From NCBI GenBank assembly GCA_046293555.1, contig JBKBOT010000002.1, positions 1-15,665 of the forward strand: DNA of 15,665 bases, written 5' to 3'. Each line of letters begins with the position of its first letter. The stretch's first letter is position 1. The notes under the pieces were generated by a model. That model was given only the letters and a program-made list of their open reading frames with translations. It ran no database searches and was not told where the DNA came from. Shown here piece by piece: positions 7,321-14,272 of the stretch. The DNA is from Pyrobaculum sp. (GTDB lineage: Archaea > Thermoproteota > Thermoprotei > Thermoproteales > Thermoproteaceae). Both the position numbers and the translations under genes were made by a program.

Positions 7321-8199
7321 CCTAATCCTGTTTATCTCCTTTGCAGCCCGCCTCCCAACCTCTATGGGATCTACGCCATATGTTTTAACCACATACCTCC
7401 TCCCACTTGAGGCATATCCAGCTGTAAGCTCTATGGCCTCGTTTTTATAGACTGCAAGGCCCCCTATGGCCACATGGCAGCCGGCGCCAACGGCGGCGAG
7501 GAACTCCCGCTCCGCCAGAGCCTCGACTGTGGACTTAAAGTCGCTGGCTTTTTTCAGTAGGTCTATCAGCCAGCTCTCCCCCTCCTTGGCAACTGCCACC
7601 ACGATGCCTTGTCCAGGCGGCGGCGGGAGTACCTCAGGTCTTATGGGGATTGCCCTCACTGGCATACTGTCGCCATAGAGGCGGAGAAGTCCCGCCATGG
7701 CCATCACCGCGGCGTGGTACCGACCGTTTAAGATCTTGTTTACTCTAGTATCCACGTTGCCCCTCAGCGGCTCTATATGTACGTCGGGTCTCGCCGATTT
7801 TAAAAACTCAGCCCTCCTAATGCTTGAAGTTCCCACCACGGCGCCTTTTGGCAACGTGGAGAGGTCATAACCCTGCGGGCTAACTACCGCGTCATGTGGG
7901 GACGCCCTTCTTGAGAAGCCCGCCAACACAAGGCCGTCAGATATTACAGAAGGCAGGTCCTTTAGGCTGTGGACAGCCATATCTGCCTCTTTGTTCAAGA
8001 CGGCTAGGTTCACCTCTTTCTCAAATATCCCCTTTACCCCGATCTGATACAGCGGCTTCTCCTGGATGATGTCGCCGGTGGTTTTGACAACCTTTATCTC
8101 AAATCTGAGCTCGGGCTCTACGGCCTTGATCTGTTCTATAAGCTCTTGTGTCTGTAGCAAACTTAGCCTAGACCCCCGGGTGGCCACCACGATTTTCAT
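7270..8199 (-). CDS. hemC: Hydroxymethylbilane synthase (porphobilinogen deaminase)
   Basis: Motifs [45 protein letters not shown] and the cofactor cysteine in GAGCHVAIG. Confidence 0.97.
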   Translation of the reverse strand: MKIVVATRGSRLSLLQTQELIEQIKAVEPELRFEIKVVKTTGDIIQEKPLYQIGVKGIFEKEVNLAVLNKEADMAVHSLKDLPSVISDGLVLAGFSRRASPHDAVVSPQGYDLSTLPKGAVVGTSSIRRAEFLKSARPDVHIEPLRGNVDTRVNKILNGRYHAAVMAMAGLLRLYGDSMPVRAIPIRPEVLPPPPGQGIVVAVAKEGESWLIDLLKKASDFKSTVEALAEREFLAAVGAGCHVAIGGLAVYKNEAIELTAGYASSGRRYVVKTYGVDPIEVGRRAAKEINRIRLSLGHSLHSPPHFPPP

Positions 8200-9329
8200 C
8201 TAAATAGGGTAGGTATGGGGCACTGGGGGTCGTCGCCAAACATGTCTCCAGTTAGGTAGTATGCACGGGCTCTATCTCCACCTTTACAGTACCGTTTAAA
8301 ACGGCAGGCTGAACACTTGGGGCCCCGTAGGTACTTCTCGGTGTTTATAAACACTTCCAGCTTTTCCCCAGTGAGGATTTCCTTGAGCCTCCTCTCCCTG
8401 ACGTTTCCCAACTTGTAGAAATCAATAAATTGGCATGGATATACGTCCCCATTTGGGTATATCGAGATGATCTTACGGCCACATCCCCCCATGGATTCCA
8501 CAAATTTTAGATATCTCTCATCGCCGCCGCCTACAGTAAGCGCCATGTATATACCGTCGTAAGGCGCCAGGGTGGTCTCTATCTCGAGACGGCCTTTGTA
8601 ATCCCTCGCCTTTGAGATAAGTGTCTCCATAAACCCTCTGTACTGCCCTGGGGTATACCACCACTCGTCTGAAAGTCTTTGAGCCCGTCCAGCCGCCGAG
8701 AGGTGGTAAAAAGTAACCCGTTTGACGCCAAGCGATGCCGCAAAGTCTATATATTCGCCAACCTCGTGGATATTCTTGGCGGTGATAACAAATCTAAGCC
8801 CCACGTCTAGCCCTACGTCAAGCGCGTTTTTTATCCCGGCGATAGCCGCGGAAAAACTCCCCGGCGCCCCCCTAAACTGGTCGTGAAACTCCTCTCTAAC
8901 AGAGTCCAAACTTACCCCAACGTAAACAAACCCCGTCTCTTTTAACCTCCTGGCGGCTTCTGGCGTAATTAACGTGCCGTTTGTAGAGAGGACAAGCTTA
9001 ATGCCGCGGTCCCGTGCATATTGGGCAATTTCAAAAAGGTCTCTTCTCGCCAGCGGCTCCCCGCCTGTGAAGAGAATAAGCGGCACCCCTATTTCGGCCA
9101 TTTGATTCACTACATCTAGGGCCTCTCCTGTGGAGAGCTCGCCGGCGGCCTCCACGCCTGCGTCGATATAACAGTGGACACACTTTAAGTTACAACGCCT
9201 GGTGATATTCCAACTCACTATTGGCCTAAAGGGGGTAGAGAAGTCGCTTGGCTTCTCGACGCCAAACCTCCCCTTGACCTTAAAGGAGGTTGTTCCCTCG
9301 CCGGCAGCCATAACGCTGATAGGTATCAT
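8196..9329 (-). CDS. ahbC: Radical SAM/SPASM protein, AhbC-like (12,18-didecarboxysiroheme deacetylase)
   Basis: [41 protein letters not shown] and SPASM YPCQF...CSAC...C...DPQC. ATGA overlap with hemC. Confidence 0.78.
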   Translation of the reverse strand: MIPISVMAAGEGTTSFKVKGRFGVEKPSDFSTPFRPIVSWNITRRCNLKCVHCYIDAGVEAAGELSTGEALDVVNQMAEIGVPLILFTGGEPLARRDLFEIAQYARDRGIKLVLSTNGTLITPEAARRLKETGFVYVGVSLDSVREEFHDQFRGAPGSFSAAIAGIKNALDVGLDVGLRFVITAKNIHEVGEYIDFAASLGVKRVTFYHLSAAGRAQRLSDEWWYTPGQYRGFMETLISKARDYKGRLEIETTLAPYDGIYMALTVGGGDERYLKFVESMGGCGRKIISIYPNGDVYPCQFIDFYKLGNVRERRLKEILTGEKLEVFINTEKYLRGPKCSACRFKRYCKGGDRARAYYLTGDMFGDDPQCPIPTLFR

Positions 9330-9360
9330 GTGTGATTCATGGCGTTAATAAAAATAACTA

Positions 9361-9456
9361 TGGCGGGCCCGGTGGGATTCGAACCCACGACCTACGGGTT
9401 AAAAGCCTCGACGGGTTGCCCCCACCGCCGCTCTAACCGGGCTGAGCTACGGGCCC
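9361..9456 (-). tRNA. tRNA-Lys(TTT) with an 18-nt intron at position 30/31; CCA encoded
   Basis: Reverse complement: GGGCCCG TA GCTC AGCCCGGTTA GAGC G GCGG [TGGGGGCAACCCGTCGAG] G CT TTT AA CCCGT AGGTC GTGGG TTCGAAT CCCAC CGGGCCC G CCA. Confidence 0.95.
9407..9424 (-). other. Non-canonical tRNA intron (30/31) with BHB motif
   Basis: Central helix CGGC/GTCG, bulges GG^T and AG^G, inner hairpin GGG-GGCAA-CCC and outer helix AGAG/CTTT. Confidence 0.85.
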
Positions 9457-9478
9457 TACGCCCATCTCTATTGCCCAC

Positions 9479-9490
9479 TTTTTAAATTTT
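9479..9490 (-). promoter_or_regulatory. BRE/TATA for tRNA-Lys, overlapping the DUF72 stop codon
   Basis: AAAATTTAAAAA on the minus strand, with the TATA 23-30 nt upstream of the mature tRNA 5' end. Confidence 0.65.
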
Positions 9491-10192
9491 TTGTATTATA
9501 TTTCTAAAAGCAACGGCGTCGTCATACATAAATACATTATTAAACATTGTATATATAGTCCGCCTTAAAGGCCTTATTATAGATAAAAGTTTTTTAAAGT
9601 CTTCTACTGTATACTTATATCTATAGTTCACCTCGCCAGAACCCAGTCCATGAAGCCTAAAGTAATACATGTCTAAATCTGGCGGCTGTCTTCTAAGTGG
9701 ATCTACTACAAGCAGTACCCCAAGCTCGATTACCCTCTCTATAGGCCTCAAGTCCTCATACGTCCTCCCCCTTGGCTCCCACGCGATTTTCAACTTGCCC
9801 ACTATAGAAGAGAAGAAGTCATATATGTAGGGCTCAGGCCTTAGGCTGGGGGGAGTCTGAAACACCACAAGATCTGGCCGTAAGGGCTCTACAGTCTTGA
9901 CAAACTCTTCCCACAGTTGGAAATTTTCGAGAGTAGGTCTCAACATACCGTGTTTTTCCGAAGGCTTGAACCCCCGCGTCTTTCTAAAAGTGGGGCTGTC
10001 CGGTGGATGTGTAATGCCTTGAAACACCTTTACGGTAAAACGAAAGTTAGGCGCCTCCTCCCTAAGTCTTCTCATCTTGTCTAAAGTAGGCATATTGTAA
10101 AACGTCTCCTGAAGTTCAACTACGTCGAGTGTGTTATATATGACTTTACGCGACTTGGGGAAGCCACATACCCCCACGAAAATCACCTTCAT
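9482..10192 (-). CDS. DUF72 (YecE/YunF-like, UPF0759) protein
   Basis: Motifs VGVCGF, VELQETFY, FRFTVK...ITH, FQTPPS, WEPRG, VDP, YFRLHG, Y.Y and MFNN. Confidence 0.92.
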   Translation of the reverse strand: MKVIFVGVCGFPKSRKVIYNTLDVVELQETFYNMPTLDKMRRLREEAPNFRFTVKVFQGITHPPDSPTFRKTRGFKPSEKHGMLRPTLENFQLWEEFVKTVEPLRPDLVVFQTPPSLRPEPYIYDFFSSIVGKLKIAWEPRGRTYEDLRPIERVIELGVLLVVDPLRRQPPDLDMYYFRLHGLGSGEVNYRYKYTVEDFKKLLSIIRPLRRTIYTMFNNVFMYDDAVAFRNIIQKI

Positions 10193-10215
10193 AAATTGAC
10201 ACCAGAAATATAAAT

Positions 10216-10569
10216 ATGGAGAAGAGATCTATCTATTCTGGAATTCAGAGCTGTTACGCAGTTATGGAGGGCACATATGTGGAGGGAGGCAAGATGGACT
10301 TAGAAAAGGCCGCAGCCCATTTGTATCTCCACATGAGAGACCTTGAGAGAGGATATACATATGACCACACGTGTAGAAAAATTAAGATGGCCCCAGAGCT
10401 ATTTGAGGCAAGATCTAAATTTTTAGTTAAGTTATGTAAAGAGCAGTCTGGCTCCCAATGTGAAGAGATAGAGAAACTTGTAGACTACGTAATTAAGAAC
10501 TTTGAACTGCCTCCCTGGGCGTTGGAGGCGGCAAGAAAAAAGATAGCCAAAATCTCGCGGCTTTTCTAA
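10216..10569 (+). CDS. Hypothetical protein, 117 aa
   Basis: Clean ATG ORF filling the gap, with protein-like charged helical composition. No family recognised. Confidence 0.8.
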   Translation: MEKRSIYSGIQSCYAVMEGTYVEGGKMDLEKAAAHLYLHMRDLERGYTYDHTCRKIKMAPELFEARSKFLVKLCKEQSGSQCEEIEKLVDYVIKNFELPPWALEAARKKIAKISRLF

Positions 10570-10599
10570 ATTATTTAAACCCCCAACGTTGTGGAAATA

Positions 10600-10797
10600 A
10601 TGGGAGAGAAGAAGAACATAGAAAACACCCTTCAAAAACTCCCGGTAGACTATAGACACGAAAACGACGAGATTGTAGTAAAAATAGGAAAAGGCAAGAG
10701 GCTCCCCGAGGCCAAGTTTAGAGAAACCATAAACGAACTCAAGAAGATGGGATTTAAGTTCGACCCAGACACAAAAACCTGGAGAAAGAAAGTCTAG
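10600..10797 (+). CDS. Small Lys-rich hypothetical protein (65 aa from ATG 10600; alternative GTG at 10591)
   Basis: MGEKKNIENTLQKLPVDYRHENDEIVVKIGKGKRLPEAKFRETINELKKMGFKFDPDTKTWRKKV. TATA-like TTATTTAAAC at 10571-10580 favours the ATG start. Confidence 0.8.
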   Translation: MGEKKNIENTLQKLPVDYRHENDEIVVKIGKGKRLPEAKFRETINELKKMGFKFDPDTKTWRKKV

Positions 10798-11276
10798 TCA
10801 TAACGAAGAGAAATTTTGTCCTCTAAATCTCGCGGGACTAGAAAGCCGGGCGATGTGACTTTCCTGCCGCCTATAGTTACATATCCGTGAACTATAAGCT
10901 GTCTTGCGTGGTAAATAGATTTGGCGAGTCCACTCCTATATACCAACGTCTGTAGCCGCCTCTCCAATATGGCTCTCACGTCTAGAGACAAAATTCTGTC
11001 AAGAGGGACGTTTAGCCCTTCTATAAAGCCAAGTTTATACAGCTTCTCTTTAAACTGGATCTCAAATTCCGCCCTCTCCTCTGCGGTCATAGATAACAAA
11101 GATCTGGCACGTCTAGTTATCCACTTTAGGCGGGCGCGGGCGAGCCACAGCTCTTTCTTGTTCCTCAACCCGTACTCCCCCATTAGCTGAAGCTCTTCTG
11201 CTAACAACTGTCTACTCCATATCTTCTTTGGCTTCCCTCTAAGATACTTTTTCTTGGGCTTCTTCAAGCCGCCCAT
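10794..11276 (-). CDS. rps4: 30S ribosomal protein S4 (uS4)
   Basis: EYGLRNKKELW and the S4 motif LERRLQTLVYRSGLAKSIYHARQLIVHG. Confidence 0.97.
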   Translation of the reverse strand: MGGLKKPKKKYLRGKPKKIWSRQLLAEELQLMGEYGLRNKKELWLARARLKWITRRARSLLSMTAEERAEFEIQFKEKLYKLGFIEGLNVPLDRILSLDVRAILERRLQTLVYRSGLAKSIYHARQLIVHGYVTIGGRKVTSPGFLVPRDLEDKISLRYD

Positions 11277-11277
11277 A

Positions 11278-11736
11278 TTACTTACCTCCAGCTGCCTTCT
11301 TCTTTGTGACGCCTGCCGTCATGCCAAACCTGCCCGTTGTGACAGTCCTCTGGCCTCTAACCTTAAGGCCGAGGGAGTGCCGCACTCCCTTCCAGCTCTT
11401 TAACTTTTTCATCAAGTCTACGTCTTTCTTAGCTGCCAACACGAGTTCAGAACCTATTAGATGTATGTCTCTACCTGTCTCCGGGTCTTTTCTCCGGTTT
11501 ACAAACCACGCTGGGGCAATCTCATGTAGGTTTCTCACAGCCCAGTCCAACTTGTTTATCTGATCTTCTGGCAAGGCTCCCAAGATGGCGTGGGGGTTAA
11601 TGCCAAGCTTCCAACAGATGGCATATGCCGAGGAGACGCCAATACCTCGTATCTTGGCTAGAGAGTATGCCACAGCCTTGTTGCCATCTAGGTCCGTATC
11701 GCCAATACGTACAATAGCTCTTATCTCTTGCGACAC
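11278..11736 (-). CDS. rps13: 30S ribosomal protein S13 (uS13); start probably GTG at 11736
   Basis: Motifs IVRIGDTDLDG, IRGIG, WFVNRRKDPETG and SWKGVRHSLGLKVRGQRTVTTGR. TTTAAAAA at 11756-11763 lies 20-27 nt above GTG 11736 but directly against the track's start at 11754. Confidence 0.95.
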   Translation of the reverse strand: MSQEIRAIVRIGDTDLDGNKAVAYSLAKIRGIGVSSAYAICWKLGINPHAILGALPEDQINKLDWAVRNLHEIAPAWFVNRRKDPETGRDIHLIGSELVLAAKKDVDLMKKLKSWKGVRHSLGLKVRGQRTVTTGRFGMTAGVTKKKAAGGK

Positions 11737-11764
11737 GCCGTTATGTAACGCCAAGTTTTTAAAC

Positions 11765-13180
11765 TTATTGCCGCCTTAGCCTAGGGTTGACTATAGGCTC
11801 CAGCGCGAAAAACACCAACACGAACCCCACTGCAGTCACCACAATTAACAACCCAGGCGGCAGTATCCACCACCACGAGAAGTTCTGAAGGGCGCCGTTG
11901 TCAAAAGCCTGCTGCATTACCTGGCCCCAGGTGGGGATAGAGGGATCGCCGAGGCCTAAGAAGCTCAAACTAGCCTCTGTTATTATGGCGCCAGGCACGT
12001 TTAGAATCACCAACGCGAAAGAGTAAGGAAGTACAGGCGGCAGTATGTGATATCTCATGATCCACCACCGACTTGCCCCAGCCAACTTCGCCGACTCCAC
12101 AAATGGGCTGGATTTTATCGCGAGCACCATAGACCTTATGATAATAGTAGTGCCAGCCCAGCCAAACACCACCAACACAAAAATTATGTTAAACAGACTT
12201 CTCCCCAACACAAATACGAAGAGTATTAAGAGAGGCAGTAGGGGCAAGTTGTTCATAATGTCTGCAAATCTCTGTATGCCCTCATCCACCCTCCCCCCGA
12301 CATAGCCGCTTATAATCCCTAAAGCCATCCCAATAAGCGTAGCTAAGATCGCCACCACGCCCCCTATAAATAACGCCACCGGGAACCCAAATAACAGCCC
12401 CTGGGCCAAATCTCTGCCGAGATAGTCTGTCCCCATGGCGCCGTAGACAGCCCCTTGTACCACCAGCCTCATCTCTCCCACGAGATCTCTCGAGTCGCCT
12501 ATGAACTCTACCTCAAAGACATATAGCCCTCTGAGCGGGGCAAACGACTCGGCGGCGCACTTATCTCCACGCGGGACGCCGAAGACTACATATGGCGTTA
12601 GCGCCATTTCTTTAACCCCAGTAGTGGTACACTGAACCCCCAACGAGTTTGCAAAAGCGGTAACCTTCCGTATCACGGTAGGTTCTGTAGACAGGATGAC
12701 AGTCCTCGGAGACTCTATAAAACGTATATAGGGCCCAGCCTCGCCAGGCCTAGGCGGGGGGATGTTCGCATCGTAATCAAACAGAACTATCTCGTTCCCA
12801 TCAGGCCTCTTTACTTTAACAGAGATTATCGGTATATCTTTATAGAAACTTAAGTTTCTATATTTTAAAATTATTCCGGTGGGGAATTTATCTGCGTCAA
12901 AATAATATTCAAAAATCCACCTCTTGACCCCTCCCTCCTCTACAGAGGGCCTCCCTAGGTCTTGTATAAAGTGTTGTGGCATCCTATATGGCAAAAAGTA
13001 GTTATACCAGACGGGAGGCACCAGCTTTGGGTAGTCCTCCCAATATATGGGATTAGACCAATACCTGGTCCCATAGTCGAGAGGGTAGGTAATAACGACA
13101 TAAACTGAGATAACTGAAAAAAGTATCAAGATTAGAAATCCTGCAAGCCCCGACTTGCTCTTTAAAAATTCTTTAATCAT
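11765..13180 (-). CDS. Peptide/nickel ABC transporter permease, DppC/OppC-like, with large insertion
   Basis: MGTDYLGRD, GIISGYVGGRVDE, EAA loop FVESAKLAGAS, HILP and EASLSFLGLG..PTWG. Confidence 0.93.
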   Translation of the reverse strand: MIKEFLKSKSGLAGFLILILFSVISVYVVITYPLDYGTRYWSNPIYWEDYPKLVPPVWYNYFLPYRMPQHFIQDLGRPSVEEGGVKRWIFEYYFDADKFPTGIILKYRNLSFYKDIPIISVKVKRPDGNEIVLFDYDANIPPPRPGEAGPYIRFIESPRTVILSTEPTVIRKVTAFANSLGVQCTTTGVKEMALTPYVVFGVPRGDKCAAESFAPLRGLYVFEVEFIGDSRDLVGEMRLVVQGAVYGAMGTDYLGRDLAQGLLFGFPVALFIGGVVAILATLIGMALGIISGYVGGRVDEGIQRFADIMNNLPLLPLLILFVFVLGRSLFNIIFVLVVFGWAGTTIIIRSMVLAIKSSPFVESAKLAGASRWWIMRYHILPPVLPYSFALVILNVPGAIITEASLSFLGLGDPSIPTWGQVMQQAFDNGALQNFSWWWILPPGLLIVVTAVGFVLVFFALEPIVNPRLRRQ

Positions 13181-14247
13181 GTTAACCTAATTCTTGGGTC
13201 TACAACTATATATAAAATCTCTAGTACAAACCTGGCCAATATATAGACTAATGTAAATACATATGTAAGAGCGAAGATAACTGGCTCGTCAAGCGCAGTA
13301 ATTGCGGCATAGTAGAGAGAACCCATCCCCGGCCAGTTGAAAACTCTTTCAGTTATTATATAGCCGCTAATAGAGGTGGCGAGACTTAAAATCAGCGCCG
13401 TGAGAATGGGAGGCAAAGAGGGACGTAGTATATATCTTCTCCTCACTAACGCCTCCGGCAGCCCTTTGGCCCTTGCAAAACTTACAAAATCCTCCTGGCC
13501 GACGTTAAAAACTATGTTACGTGTGGTATATGCCCAGGAGCCAAAAAACACAATAAAAGAGGCTATTAGCGGCAACGCGAGGTGCCACAACAGGTCTAGG
13601 AAATACGCCAGAGGCTCTTTAGGTGGGGGTGTCGACACCATGCCGCTACCGGGAAATAGCTGGATGCCCCACAAGATCTTGGGCCCGTAGGCCAGGGCAA
13701 ATATGAGAACTAGACCCATAAACCAGAGGGGTAAGGCGTATGAAACTGCAGATAGTATAGACACAACCCGGTCTAGCCTACTTCCCACGTTAGAGCCTAT
13801 ATACAGCCCAATCCATATCCCCACAAGGGCTGTAAACATAATGCCGGTGGTGGTTAGGATTATTGTATTTGGAAGCCTGTCGATAATCAAGTCGGCCACC
13901 TTTTTAGACCCCCAGGAGGACTGTAAGGTCCTAGACTCTCCGAGATCTAGGAAAAGTAGACTTAAAATTAGCTGAGGAATTCTAAAATACCAAGGCTTGT
14001 CTACCCCCAGTTGTTCTGCCAAAGTTTTGTTATACTCAGCTACAGCGATTTTTATCTGCTCTGGGGGAAGCCTCTGTTGGATTAAAGACTGTTGGTAAGC
14101 CCGCACTTGGTCATTTAAAATAGAGAGCAGTAGCCTATCGGAAAGACCCGTCGCCCCCATTAGAAGAGCCAAGAGTAGCAAAACGCCAAAAAGAACTAAT
14201 ACTAACGTAATAGTCTTTATAACTAGGGTTTTTACAAGAGAGGCCAC
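13177..14247 (-). CDS. Peptide/nickel ABC transporter permease, DppB/OppB-like
   Basis: DLGES, RLPNT, EAA loop DFVSFARAKGL, ERVFNWPGMG and C-terminal DPRIR. Confidence 0.94.
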   Translation of the reverse strand: MASLVKTLVIKTITLVLVLFGVLLLLALLMGATGLSDRLLLSILNDQVRAYQQSLIQQRLPPEQIKIAVAEYNKTLAEQLGVDKPWYFRIPQLILSLLFLDLGESRTLQSSWGSKKVADLIIDRLPNTIILTTTGIMFTALVGIWIGLYIGSNVGSRLDRVVSILSAVSYALPLWFMGLVLIFALAYGPKILWGIQLFPGSGMVSTPPPKEPLAYFLDLLWHLALPLIASFIVFFGSWAYTTRNIVFNVGQEDFVSFARAKGLPEALVRRRYILRPSLPPILTALILSLATSISGYIITERVFNWPGMGSLYYAAITALDEPVIFALTYVFTLVYILARFVLEILYIVVDPRIRLT

Positions 14248-14272
14248 GAGAAGAGAAAAAAAGAGATTTAAA
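14248..14272 (-). terminator. Pyrimidine/T7 tract after the binding-protein gene (possible terminator, with a TATA-like TTTAAA)
   Basis: Minus strand TTTAAATCTCTTTTTTTCTCTTCTC lies between the stop codon and the GTG of the permease. Confidence 0.45.

Noticed and set aside
1431-7678. Short alternative ORFs inside the heme genes (1431-1616, 1617-1814, 2263-2595, 2768-2956, 3498-3686, 3774-4031, 4234-4431, 4855-5127, 5247-5501, 6249-6515, 6765-6989, 7466-7678)
   Set aside because: All overlap well-supported genes in antisense or alternative frames and show no recognisable features.
4538-9456. Block flanked by two tRNAs as a possible integrated element
   Set aside because: No integrase, no duplicated tRNA 3' end or att repeat, and only housekeeping content.
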